Source: Atractiella rhizophila
Taxonomy: Eukaryota
NCBI GenBank assembly: GCA_021432655.1
Contig: MU271189.1
Coordinates: 124,001 to 180,704 of the forward strand
Direction of reading: 5' to 3'
Length of the DNA: 56,704 nucleotides
Under the pieces are notes generated by a model. That model was given only the letters and a program-made list of their open reading frames with translations. It searched no databases and was not told where the DNA came from. Each line of letters starts with the position of its first letter. Within the stretch, counting starts at the first letter, position 1. Shown here piece by piece: positions 40,648 through 53,449 of this stretch. Position numbers and translations under genes: made by a program.

Positions 40648-41991
40648 ATGGAAGACGCGACCTTTTACAGCGATGTCGATTTCTCCTGGATTTTGCGTTC
40701 TACGCCAGAAAAAGACACCGGGGAGGGTCCCCCGTTTGTCCATACATCCCTCCCTGCATATCCATATCCACATCAGTCTCCAACTTTTACCCTACCTGGC
40801 TTCTACAGTGGACCACATTGGAATCAGCATCTTCCCTTCGTTCTGAACGGCATTTCCCAGCAATCGGGCAACTCAAATGTTGATGAAGCCACGATGGCAG
40901 CTGACCTGGCTCACGGCCTAACCAGCCCTGCAATCGCTGACGTCCCAGTTACCTCTGCTTCACCCTTCAACCAAGTAACAGCTCAAGGCGTTCTTGAGGT
41001 CACTCCAACTGATCCGACTGGCATCCGGAATGGCACGTCCCTTGGTACGTTGTTCAGGTTCCATTCGGGCATGAGGAGGGACTTTCTGTCAAAAGATTTC
41101 GGCAACGGGAATATTTCGCTTGCTCACATACCTCCTCACTCCACCTTCGAAGAGCCTATCAACGTTCCTCGAAATGGAGGTACGTCCGTCAGCATCGCCC
41201 GTTAGGCACTCCGTCGCTCACCAGGGAATCCAAATTGTTTTCTAGACGCAATGCACGGTATGCCTTTCAACGCAGCTGGTATGGTTTTGCGGCGAGCTGT
41301 AAGGTTGCATTCTTTGACCCGATTTTACAGGATATGCGAGGATCTCAGATGTGTCATGTTTTGATTCGAAAGGCTTCAGGAGAAACAGTCCGCTGTTGGA
41401 TATTGGAGGGGCTCACAACAGACATCATGATAATATCGAAGCACTAGGCCCATCGGTGGTGTCTGTTAATGAAACGACTAGTACTGGTGACTTCCTGCAC
41501 CGTCACCATCGCTGATCAGCTGATGAAATGCAGATGACGACACCACCGCTGAGAAACCAATTTCAAGTGTTACATGTCAGAACACGGTCTCAGGTGTGGT
41601 ATCTCAGAAGAAAAGGGTCAAAAGGGTCTCCAGAGCCGTGTGCCAGAAAAAGCTGGACTGGACCCCGCTGAACCGAATGTTCACTCTCTATTTCGAAAGA
41701 ACCGCGAAGAAGATCTGGACGCTTGAAGAACTCCAGCAGCATAACCGCAACCCAGTCGAAGAAAACATGGACGGTCCCGTTATCTTCAGTCCGAGCACTA
41801 AGGAATACGTAGAGGTAACTTGCGGCGGAAAGGTGTGCTTACCTTCCGCGAGGGACAAGCGGGATCGAGACAGTACGGCGTGTGATTCATCTGCTCCCAT
41901 TCTGATCAAGGCAACAGATTTCCTAAAAGGCCAATTAGAATCAATTGGTAGGATTCCTGTCTCCCCTTTCATCGAATACCTCTCCAATTAA
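40648..41991 (+). CDS. Hypothetical multi-exon protein, no recognised family
   Basis: Consecutive same-strand ORFs (40648, 41235, 41596) separated by plausible GT..CTGAC/CTCAC..AG introns. Confidence 0.45.
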
Positions 41992-42619
41992 GGATGATAA
42001 TATAGGTAACTGCGCACATGGACGGTCGTTCAAGTTTGAAGGGAAACGACTGGCAGCCATCGTGTAAGTTTGCTACCTTCAAAACTTCTTGTTGAGTAGC
42101 GATATAGGTCTCATGTGAACAAAGATGGATGCACGTTGCCCCAGACTCATCCGGCCTTGGTTGAATTTGCAAAATGGTGCCACAATCTCTCTAAAAAAAC
42201 TTTGCCCCCTGCCTTTTCTGTCAATCTATCAGTCTGATGGACTACCAACAATGTCTCATGTTTCCAAAAATTCTCAGTTGCTAGTCAGATTTTCTTCTCT
42301 TTGTTTTCATCCCTTTACTTTCTATCCTTGTTCTTAGAAAAGTAGTGACCCCCTCTGGATTGATTGTGCGTAATGGTTTCATCTTTTTCAATCACAGTAT
42401 CATCAGCCCCATAGTCAGCTATATTCCGATTGTGTCGGCACCCTTGCTAATCATCATGCCCAAGCACCGTTGCAAGTTCTCTCGACCTGATTGTTCCATC
42501 CGTGAATGACGTGCGTGCTCCGAGTCACAGACCACACATTGATTATTCTTTGAAACCGCTGACAGCTCGAAATCAGGCATGAGGGCTTCACCAATCGATC
42601 TTACATAGAGCGGTGCCTA

Positions 42620-43150
42620 GCCACAAGCGCTTGAGGTGAGTATGTCGTCCGTTTTGGTAAAATTGTCCTTTCATCCCACTTTCCCAAAGTTTGGTCACCA
42701 ACTTTGTCGACAAGATATAATCATCAGCGGTTCCCTCCGTAAAGGCTGATTTGTCGAACAGGGTAACCACCGCTTCACAGAAAGGGCGAGGACGGCGAAC
42801 TGAGAATGATGTCTTTTGGATCATTTGTAGTACTGAACTGGAAGCGGCGAAAGCTAAACATGGTGCCGCTGGATCATACGACCGTATTTCGTCCACCAGT
42901 TCAATTGGAAATGTATGAAGCAAGAATTGCCTCGTTCTCGAGACCCGTTTGAAGTTTTTTCGGCTCGACAGCCTCTGTTCTATCGACTCATGGGTTCAGA
43001 GGAGCATGCACTGTGAGGGTTTGAATACGAAAGTGATCTTTGTGCGCCTGTCTGCAAACAGCTCTTCCAGCATGATAAAAGAGGAAGAACGGGAACGAGG
43101 GCAACTGCACCTCGACTTGCTCGTCGCCGTCACGAGGTCAACAATCCTGA
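42620..43150 (-). pseudogene. Degenerate paralog (5' half) of the 16800-17615 gene
   Basis: FPIELVDEIRSYDP...ASSSVLQMIQK...FTEGTADDYILSTKLVTKLW with deletions. Confidence 0.7.
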
Positions 43151-43239
43151 ACTCCTTCGAGAGGAAGGAATTCATTTGTCAAACTAGCACGTGTCATATG
43201 GCAGGCATCGAAGCTCTCACATAACTCTCATTTGGAATA

Positions 43240-43900
43240 CAGACCACCTTGTCCTACAAAGGTTACAAAAGGCGAACGGCTGGTGGTTGCGATTGGATGT
43301 AGGCGTTTAATTCCGAATTCCGTTATAACATGGGAGTAAGTGACACTGCAACTTTGCCCATTCAGTGGATTCTCGAAAGTGTTTGATTTCAAATGTGGTG
43401 TATGTTGCCTTGCTCCTTCCGTTCTCAACTTCGATACCCATATTGAACTATATACTCTATCAAGCCTCCTCACACCATGACTGGGTGAAGACGGGTTATA
43501 AGGCTGTCCTATCTGTAGGATAGATGGTTATGAAGCTTGCCGCCATAAACTCGTTTCATACTTCTCTGGCTGCTGCACGACTTTGGCTGCTTAGATGTTG
43601 TTCAAGTTTGGAAGTCGGCCTGAATCATGCACACAGAATAAAAGGGGTATGAAATTGATGCCTTGATCTGTGGCTGATCTAGCGGCCCAACAGGTCTTTA
43701 AACCGCCAACGCCGACTTGCATCAGACCTCAGTGCAGCAGCTGTCAAGCAGAGAAGGAGTTTCGGAGCAACCGCAGAATGACAAAGAGAAACCCAAAGTT
43801 TTCCGTATGGGCGACAATTGTTGTTCTGCTGACAGGTGCCGTAGTAGCCAACCATTCCCTTTGTGCCATACCGAGCGAGCTCGTAAGGCGGCAGCTCTGA
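43240..43900 (+). pseudogene. Degenerate copy of the 3' end and downstream flank of the 16800 gene, including the MTKRNPKF fragment
   Basis: 43240-43410 aligns to 17450-17610; 43778-43885 aligns to 17940-18045. Confidence 0.7.
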
Positions 43901-44416
43901 CTGTTCTCCTGAGGAACGTCGAAGTACGCCATCCATTCTTCTGGTCAATTGCACTATCTAATAGCAGAACAGCTACTTCTAAAGTGGGGTTGATGCTTTG
44001 CCAATGGATGATGGTGGTCAGCAAAACTGCGTTGCGAGCTCTCTATGTCTCACTGAACATGACTACAAATTTTGACGGCTCTGCGACTTGGGCAGGACTC
44101 GATGTTGCTGGTGCGGACTGTGTGGTGAATCCCACGGGCCATGGTTGTAATTTTTTTGGCGCAACACGAGTGACATGTTGTATCAGCTTGAAGACAAAAA
44201 CGGAGTGGAAATTTCATGGAGTGACCAGCTCTAGTGAAACTGAAGTCCGCACCTTTCACAATCCTGCTATCGCAGTGTATCTGCGTCTCCTACCGTTCAC
44301 TCCAACTTTTACATTGACTCTCGTCTACTACCTTCCTATATTCCTGATTCCTGATATTCCTGTTTCGTAAGCGAAAATTTCAAATTAGGCCAATCTCAAA
44401 CAAGGACATGAGTTTA

Positions 44417-44699
44417 CAGCTGATCCGGGAAAGGTTGACGCGAACTTTTTTTCTTGCCCCCACCTTTTTTGGTCAGTCGGCTAGGGTTGGCCCTACCCCT
44501 AACTTTAATCAATTTAATCCACAATTTGGTTCGGTTCCGCCGTGTCCGAGTTGGCTAATTCCGACCGCTTTTCGGCTCCGCTAATGTCCTTGCGGGGCCG
44601 ATTGAATGGCGCTGGGATATGCAGCTTATGGGGTAGGGTCGTCCCAAAAAAAGTGGGGGTCGTGAGAAAAGCTTCGCGTCAACCTTTTCGGATCAGCTG
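44417..44699. mobile_element. 283-bp MITE, Tc1/mariner-type (TA target duplication)
   Basis: Left TIR CAGCTGATCCGGGAAAGGTTGACGCGAA versus reverse complement of the right end CAGCTGATCCGAAAAGGTTGACGCGAA; TA on both sides; the paralogous empty site with a single TA is at about 52431-52432. Confidence 0.9.
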
Positions 44700-45134
44700 T
44701 ATTGCATCCGAAACACTTTGTTCGAGTGCCGATCATCATAGTCTTACAGAATCTGTGTAAAAGAGAGTACGACAGGAGGAAAGATAAACAGAGGAAATCC
44801 ACTGGATGGATGGAAGTTGGAGCTTAGGGAACCAATTATCGAGCAAGAAAGCAAGTGCTGTATCTTCCTTTCATATTGTGTACCAAAATTACTGGAAAGT
44901 TCTTCCAAGGTGTGCTCAAATAGCACTGCGTTTAAGCCCCTACGGTAGCGTATTGTCCATCAGGCAGCACTGATCTTAAGCTACTACGTTATCAGAAAGA
45001 ACTGATCTGACACTGGGAGCTGCTGCCATGTATTTGCAGGAAATGGACTCGAAAAGGCTACATTCAAATTATTCTGTGATGCAAGCAAATTACAGACAAT
45101 CGAATGAAGATACGGCCTTTGGGCAGGTTTAAAC

Positions 45135-45280
45135 ATGGATGATCTCCAAGAAGCGCTCTCCGATCTCTCTCTTGCCCCTCCCACCGACCGGCTCATAAAA
45201 CAACTTGCTGAGCTACCAGAAGAGGCAGAAATTCCTTCCAGTCTCCTTTGCACTCTCTCCTTGGTATATCACGCACAGAA
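45135..45280 (+). pseudogene. 5' fragment copy of the Ybp/glomulin-like gene
   Basis: MDDLQEALSDLSLAPPTDRLIKQLAELPEEAE is nearly identical to the start of the 52017(-) gene, then homology stops. Confidence 0.85.
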
Positions 45281-45991
45281 AGGCCTGAACCAGCAAAAGA
45301 ACAAGTGTCAGTATGGGACATTCGAATGTAGGAAGGTAGAGGATAGAGAAATGTAGTTAAGGACAAACAGCTCCATGTTCATATTAACTTTTTCTGAAGA
45401 TGTGGATCCGATACTCCAGGACTCAGTCGAGGACCAAAAAGCTGCGTCAATTGCGAGATGTGGTGGTGTAGGAAGCGTAAACATATTGCGTTATCCACTC
45501 TCACTCGTCGTGAGAGCAAATATGTCGTGTATCAGGTATCTGTACTATCTGGAGCTTCTTCCACATCGACACAAGGTGTTTTTGGGTGTCCAAAATTTCC
45601 GCGGCAAGAGGATGGTTTGCAACGAGAGATGGTGGTGAGTGGAGAAGTAGATGCGATAGCGCATAATCCTCCCAAATGTTTCACCTTTTTTTAAGTACAA
45701 TTATTCCACCGTTCTCATGCCAGACATTACAAGCACTTTATAACATCCAGCTTCCAAACTGATTAGATTCAGCATTCGGCTCGTCCATTGGTCAAATGTA
45801 TGCATCCGATACTAAAGACGACACAGAGTGGGCTAGTCAAGGTTAGTTGCAGTTTGATCCAGGTTCGATAATGCTCTATCAGCGCGATCTAAATGATGAT
45901 ATAATGTTAATTATGTCCAAGAATCATCTCATTCGAATATCCATCTACACTATGTTTCAACATTGATACTACTTTCATCAAAACAAGCCTC

Positions 45992-46205
45992 TCAATCGTC
46001 CAGATACTTGGCTGCTCCGTCCTTCATCTGCTTCCACTCCAAGTTCTTCAACGACTCCTCTATCGCATTACTGATGAAATCATGAGTCTGCATCTTCTCC
46101 CACGCGTCCCTCTCCTCCTTCACCTTTGGCACGTTAGGACGGTCCAAAGAATCTTCATATGTGATGGCGCAACTGAGCGTCACCAACAACTCAGATACCA
46201 GCTCA
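45992..46205 (-). pseudogene. Extra FunK1 C-terminal fragment in tandem with the main copy
   Basis: LLVTLSCAITYEDSLDRPNVPKVKEERDAWEKMQTHDF...AAKYLDD* repeats 46273-46485. Confidence 0.85.
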
Positions 46206-46272
46206 GAATCATGTCATTCGAATATCTACACTGCGTTTCATTGCTACCACTTTCATCAAAACAAGGCAGCTC

Positions 46273-48382
46273 TCAATCGTCCACATACTTCGCTGCTCCG
46301 TCATTCATCTGCTTCCACTCCAAGTTCTTCAACGACTCCTCCATCACATTACCCATGAAATCATGAGTCTGCATCTTCTGCCACGCGTCTCTCTCCTCCT
46401 TCACCTTTGGCACGTTAGGACGGTCCAAAGAATCTTCATATGTGATGGCGCAACTGAGCGTCACCAACAACTCAGATACCAGCTCCGCGAACGGGACAGT
46501 ACTGATATATAAGTTTCGTGCCACGTTACGGTTAAACATATCGAATTTGGCCGTGTACGCATCTGTGAGGGTATCCTTGAGATCAAAAGATTTGAGCCGA
46601 CTGACTCGCTCGTCCTTCGTTAGAGCAGTAGGTCCGTGCCGGATGATCACCCACACGAGGACGTGAAGAAATGATTGGATGTCGTCGCTGGCAAGGTGCT
46701 CGCGATGATAATTCTTCAATAGTCGGAGAGACAGGAATTGGAACGTCCCCTGAATGACCATAGGCAAATGTTCTCATTCAGCTAAAAAGGAACGTACAAT
46801 TCTCTCCAAAGTCCGTGCTTTAACGTGGTCTTTGACTTTTGCCAATTCCCAATCAATAAGCCGTCCACGGACCTCGTCGCCCGACCGGACGAGGAGTATG
46901 TTTCCAAAAGAGATGTCCCGATGTAGAATCTCGGCTTTCTCGAACGCGTCGCGGTGAGCTACAATCCTTCAAAGTCGGTTTAAATGTAAATGGAGCAAAA
47001 CAAGAACGCACCGGCAAAAGCATCAGACATCACTTTTACCAGTTCCCACGTCGATTTGAACCGATTTAACGGCTCTCCCACCTCTTCTAATACTATCCGA
47101 TAGTGTCTCAGCTTTCGGCCACCCGTCCCTTCCACAAATTGGAGAGGATTCTGGTCATCCACGTCCCTGTGACAGACGATGGTAGCAATGTTCCTTACTT
47201 GTTTCGATCTCAAAATTTCATAAACATCTCCCTCCTTCCCATATTCCTCCCTCCTCCAAGTGTCCTTCAGGAGAACGACCTTCTTCTCTTTGACCCAGTA
47301 CGCGAGATAACAACGAGTGCCACGACCGACAGGCCAACGATGACTACTTGTGAAAGGCTGTGCGAAGATAAATTTTTCGGTATCGACGATGACCTGAAAG
47401 AGATCAGCCTCCTGCTTCAATCCCAGAGCCTTCCTCGCGTTCGCAGCAGCCTTCTTTCCCTTGACACGCTGCACCGAGGTGTCGTGTCCCCTGGCGGACT
47501 CCGGTGCGTGACTAAAGCGCCAGAGAAATTCACCAAGGTAATTTTCGGGGCCATTGATGTCAAAGGCACGCGACACTCGAGTTCCAGCTCGGGAATGGCA
47601 TAGCAGACGAGCTGTGGTGGACTGAACATAGAACGAGAAGACGCGAGTTCATGGCTGCATGATTTGAACAGCTGTGTGGTAGAATGTCATCTGCCCCCGA
47701 ATATCCTTCCTATCATCCGTCTGGGTTTCAAAAATATGATTATCCTTTGAATCAAACGGTGCGCTCGCGGAACCTGGCTTCACCTGTCCGAAAAGTTGTA
47801 GCTTCTTCATGTTACAGGAAGTGAAGCCTGTCTCAGCGTAGAGAGACAGATCAGGTTTAACGACCGTCTGCTGGTAAATCTTCTCTATCTTGTAGTCACC
47901 ATTGGCAGGCGTATACACGAACTCCCAGCCTGCAGCGAGAAAAGGTTCGAGAGCCTTAATCTGCCTTCATTCTCAACGTCACCCTCCTCCTACAATTCAA
48001 GACGACTCACAAGGAGACCGTATTGTGCTTTTTCCTGCTCGTCGGACATAGCCTTTGGAACGTTAAGCCTCTTGCGCTTAATATCATGTCGTGTTGGTAG
48101 CATGTCCAAAACTTTCTCCACAGGAACCTCCTCGAATTTCCCAGCCATGTCAGACTCAGTATGAGCGTAGGTGTGCTTTTGCGCGGCCGAAGATGAAGAC
48201 GAATCAATTCCGCTGGCATCGATAGTAAACTTGAGTGGCGTTGGCGCGGAAAGGGGTTGTTCTGAACGCTGAGAGCTGGGTTTTGATGGCGTAGACATTT
48301 TTGGGCCTGTTTCAGAGCTGGGATCCGATGAGCTGTTGGGAGATTTCGGAGGCGTCTTCAAGGCAGTCTTCAAGGCAGACAT
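46273..48382 (-). pseudogene. Full-length FunK1 fungal-type protein kinase with an in-frame nonsense codon
   Basis: KPDLSLY, RGQMTFY, GRGTRCY, LKDTWR, ILHRDISFGNILV, IDWELAK, GTFQFLS; TGA at 47649-47651 where the paralog has CGA (37457-37459). Confidence 0.85.
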
Positions 48383-48841
48383 GATCGTTTTTGTGTGGTT
48401 TTGGTGCTCCCGCTTTTGAATGACATTTGCACGTGTCGTCCGTCTGGCGTTTATCTCCGGGATCCGCGGTAAGCCCGGCTTTGTTTAACACTTGACATCT
48501 GCGATCCCATCGACGGCACTTTAGGCGAAGCAAAGAGCGGTAAGAGAATGAGCGATAATGCAGGTGCGTCCCTCACATAATTTTGGTGTTGGAGGAGCAG
48601 GAATGTGCCGAGGACGAGATTGGAGGGATTGATATCTCTATTTTGACGTGGACTGTACACTTCGTTTCAGTCGAAGCCAGGCCGGTATCAAATGGCACAG
48701 TTTCGATAAATGTATCACATGGGCAGCGAATGCAAACCTGCAGTTGATGGTCTCGTCTTTCGTCAAGCTGCCCGTTAGCTTTGCTGGCCATCTTTTTGAT
48801 GAATAAGACCAGAAAGCTGATTTTATGAATGACCTCGTGTA

Positions 48842-49706
48842 GTGCCAGCGTTCAATCCCGCGCGTGGAGAAAGAGGCCATGGACGCGGCGGCGGGAGGGG
48901 TAGAGGACGCGGAGTGACATCTCCACCAGTTACTTCGACAAGCCCTCCTGCTCCGATTACAGCGGAGGGAGGAACCACAGAGAAGGCAGTCGAGGCAGCA
49001 AGTTGGGGCACGGATGATTCAAAGCCTGTTGAGAACATTGTGTGGAGTGCAGAGGATCCTAAGGCCACCGAGGACGCTGGTTTGGACTCGGGGGAGAAGA
49101 AGGACGAGTCGGCTAAATCTGAGCAGGGGAAGGAGGGATCTGGAGAAGGTAAAAAGAGGGAGAAGAAGCCAATCTACAATAACCCCGATAGGCACAAGAC
49201 TGGAGGTCCTGCCCGCGTATGTTCTAGTCCGATCTTTCGCAACATCGTTCTGATTCGATATGCAGGAGAAACTGACGGAGGAAGAGTTGGCTGCAAAGAT
49301 GGAAAAGATCCGATTACAGAATGAACGCCTCAAGGCGAGGAAGGAAGAAGTGGATGCGGACGAGTCTGCTTACACTGCCGTCACTGCGGAAGAAATCCAA
49401 GCGGCGAAGATGCGACGAGAAAAGCAACTGGAGATAGATGCTGCTCGCCAGGAAAACGCGAAGAGGAAACTCGAGGCATTCTCTGGAAGGGAGTGGGATA
49501 GTGAGAAGGGAGATGGTTCTTGGGATAAAACTCGCGGTCGAGATGACCAAGGGAGAGGAGGTGGACGAGGTGGCGGCGGAGGGAGAGGCAGAGGCAGAGG
49601 CAGGGGAACTGGGCGTGCTGCAGACTCAACCGTGGATAACACGGCTGAGAGTCCAAATACTGCCTCGACCTCAACCTCACCCGGTCAGGAGAAACTCTCT
49701 GGATAG
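48842..49706 (+). CDS. RGG-rich coiled-coil hypothetical protein (possible RNA-binding)
   Basis: RGGGRGRGRG at both ends; NPDRHKTGGPAR|EKLTEEELAAKMEKIRLQNE; REWDSEK. Start codon unresolved. Confidence 0.7.
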
Positions 49707-50042
49707 ATGAGGGAGAGAAAAGACAAAGGGATTTCGTTACCAGCACAAAGTGAGATATGACACATTTTACCCTCACTCGCGACTGTTATTTCCCTTCGGA
49801 GGCTGGGAGGCGAGACTGGTTTGCTCGGTACGTATTTCTGTTGCAAGTGACTGTTTGTTCTCACGCCTCTCTTCGATAATATTGCGCAGATATTTCGCTA
49901 AGGCACAATTTGAGCTCTATGCCTCCATCGCTCGCACTTTCACATCCTTCTTTTCATCCAATGTTCACACATCTCACAATTATGTGCAAAGTCCCGTGGT
50001 TATCATAATGGGAACCTGACACTTTGTTATTTACCTACTACC

Positions 50043-52017
50043 TCAAATTTTACATTTCGCAATAGCCTCATTCACTCGAGCCAAATTTTCCTCTACAATG
50101 TCAATCTCCCAACGTATTTGATCCGATTCCCTCCCTCCTTCTTTCGCCTTATTTTTCATCTGCTCCAGGCGTTTCTTGATGGGATCGAGGACGTTTTGAT
50201 CCCAGGCTCTGATTACGTTTGATGTTCGAATGTTGGTCTATTCACTCTGCTCAGCATTTGTCTGAGATTGAAAGCACAGTCACGTACGATATTTTTTTCA
50301 TCTCTGCTCAAAAGCCAATACCAGAAGGCCAGTCTCTTGACCACCCAATTAAGATCTTCACCCACCACACCCATTCCCTCCTCCTTTTCGTCTCCAAGCT
50401 TCCAAAACACTTCCTTGAGCTCCTCCATCAGAAAGGGAGTCCGGAAAATTGATTCCTGCTCTTTCTTCTCTTTCTCTGAGATCGGCTCTGGCAAAGAAAG
50501 CTTTTGCTGAAGAATAGCTTGCAGAATTCCCACTGACTCCGCCTTGACTTCCTTCCACGGTGAACTAGTCAGGAGGTCCTTCAAGAATAAAAGTTGTAGA
50601 TCCTCCCTTCCCTTCTCTCGAGGCTTAAACCTGCTCTTCACAACAGGAGGTGGCGGCGCGAGCTGAAGGATGATGAAATAAAGAAGCCTGAGAGCGACAA
50701 ATCGGATTTTGGGATCAGGATCGGTGCAAGCGATCATGGGTACGAAAGAAACGAGACGAAAGAGGAGCGAATCGTCTTTCTCCCAACCTCCTCCGCCATC
50801 TTTGAGGCATTTGAAGAGCCAAAAAAGGGTTTCGTCGACCGGATCAGATGGTGAAACGCTGCCGTTGATGCTGATGAATGCAGAGAGGAAGGGCAGTGTG
50901 GAAGGCAGGAACGAAAATCGTGGACGCTTGGAAGATGGGAAGTAGAGGGAGGAGAGGAGGAGAAAGGCTCCTTGTGCCGTCGGTAGATCTGGCGGTGAGA
51001 CAAACTTGAGCTCTGTTGATGAAGCTGACGCCTCATCCCCGTCGTTTGAGAACACTTTCGCAACCAGGGGCTTCTTTGAGCCTGAGACTGAAGAGGTGTA
51101 ACTGGTAATGATCTCCAGACATCGTTCGCTCCCCAGACCTAAAGCAGACGCGATGGATTCGACTGCTGCGAACAGCAGATCCTTCTCTCCTGTTGTATTG
51201 TCTGTGAAAGACTGCCCAGGGAGGCGCCATTTGGGCTCCACTGTGGAGAAGTAGCGAGCAGCAAGATTTCGAGGTGCCAAGAGTTGTGATCGAAAAAGGA
51301 CGAGAACATGGAGGAGAAAGTCAGACAAGATCGATTGCGCCTGCATGCAATATTCAAGAATAATTCATCGATCTGCAAGAGACGAACCGTGACGAAGTCT
51401 AAGTAGTTGTTATTCACAGAGCCGATCCAAGGTATGTCAACCTCCTGCTCGGATGACGAAAGAGAGCGAATAAACTCGAGAATAGAGTTGAAAAGAGGTC
51501 GGAGGGAAGACCTATCGTTCTTCTTGAGATCATCTGTGTGTTCCTCGTCTTCAATCTGTGCCGAAAAGTCATCTAAGACCTTGTTGCAAGCGCTGATGAT
51601 CGCTTGAGTGGCCGTCGAGACGAACGAGGAAGGTTTCTTCGCCTTGATATTCCGCATCACTAAGCGGCGTAAGCTCCCCTCATAATTGGAAAGGAGGTGC
51701 ATACCGACGCTCAACACTTCTATTGCTCCCTGGAGCTTCATGATTTCATTTAACACTACCTTATCACCACCCTCAGTCCCAATCCCCATCATTCCCTCCA
51801 TCAGGTCCACGAAAGCCTCTTTGAAGCTTCCCCTCTTCCCAAACTCGTTCAAGGTGTCGTTACACTCCTTTTTGTGCGTGATATACCAGGGAGAGAGGGC
51901 AAAAGGGAGATTGGAAGGAAACTCTGCCTCTTCTGGTAACTCAACAAGTTGTTTTATCAGTCGGTCGGTGGGAGGGGCAAGAGAGAGATCTGAGAGCGCT
52001 TCTTGGAGATCATCCAT
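50043..52017 (-). CDS. YAP-binding/ALF4/glomulin (Ybp1/Ybp2-like) family protein
   Basis: IACTDPDPKIRFVALRLL, FLKDLLTSSPWKEVKAESVGIL, LAFWYWLLSRDEKNITNIR, recalled as typical of fungal Ybp/glomulin proteins; three exons. Confidence 0.7.
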
Positions 52018-53449
52018 GTTTAAACCTGCCCAAAGTCCGTATCTTCATTAGATTGTCTGTAATTTGCTTGCATCACAGAATAATTTGAATGTAGCCTTTT
52101 CGAGTCCATTTCCTGCAATATATGGCAGCAGCTCCCATCCATGCAGTGTCAGATCAGTTCTTTCTGATGGACAATACACAACCGTAGTGGCTTAAGCGCA
52201 GTGCTATCTGAGCACATCTTGGAAGAACTTTCGCCTCGGTACACAATATGAAAGAAAGACACAACGCTTGCTTTCTTGCTCAATAATTGGTTCCCTAAGC
52301 TCCAACTTCCGTCCAGTGGATTTCTTCTGTTTATCTTTCCTCCTGTCGTACTCTCCTTTACACAGATTCTGTAAGACTATGATGATCGGCACTTGAACAA
52401 AGTCGTTGTCATGGACTGTTTTGGATGTACTAAACTCATGTCCTTGTTTGAGATTGGCCCAATTTGAAATTCTCACTCAAAGAAACAGGAAGAAAGAAAC
52501 GTAGTAGACGGGAGTCAATGTAAAAGTTGAAGTGAACGGTAGGAGACATAGATACACTGCGATAGAAGGACTGTGAAAGGTGTGGACTTCAGTTTCAGTA
52601 GAGCTCGTCACTCCATGAAAATTTCCATTCCATTTTTTATCTTCAAGCTGATGCAACATGTCATTCATGTTGCATCGAAATATTTACAACTCTGGCTTTC
52701 GTGGAATTCACCACACATTCCGCACCAGCAACATCAGGTCCTGCCCATGTCCCATAGCTGTCAAAATCTGTACTCTGTTCAATTCGACATAGCGAGCTCG
52801 CAATGAAGCTTAATGAAGTTTTGCTGACCACCAGGTTCCGTTAGCAAAGCATCAACCCCACTTTAAATGTCGTCGTTCTGCTACGAGTGAGTGCAATTGA
52901 CCAGTAGAACGGTGACTCGCAGCACGCAACTCGTTGCGTAAGGTCGAGAGCCAGCAAGGTGAGAGATAAGGAAAAGTGTTGAATCTGGCTAAAAGTGTCA
53001 AAAGCTCGCGCTCTCTTCAATTCTCCTTGATCCTCCTCAAGGTGAATGTCAAACAGTCCAGAGTTGTTGATTGTGATCTTACCTTGGGCATGATTGGCAA
53101 CAGTGAACAGTCGGAATGTAGTTGACTGTGGGACCGATGATATCCTGGTTGAAAGGAGATGAAACCACAACCCCCACAATCACTCCAGAAGGTTTCACTA
53201 TACTTCTCTAAGAGCAAAGACAGAAAGGAAAAGGCTGAAAACAAAGAGGAGGAAATCTAACTAGCAATTGAGAATTTTTGGAAACATGAGACACTGTCGC
53301 TAGTCCATTAGACAGTTAGATGGACAGTAAAGGCAGGGGGAAAGCTGGTTCAGACATTGCGGCAGGTAGACAGTAAAATTTCTGACTCAAACCTTATTTT
53401 CCTCTGGTGACGCTAACCAACCCACCAGCTGCGAATCGGTTTTGCTCGA

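Larger units (their letters stand above)
42200..45280. repeat. Diverged inverted duplication of about 51870-53345, interrupted by gene remnants and a MITE
   Basis: 42200-42463 matches the reverse complement of about 53083-53345; 43930-45280 matches the reverse complement of about 51870-52910. Confidence 0.9.
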
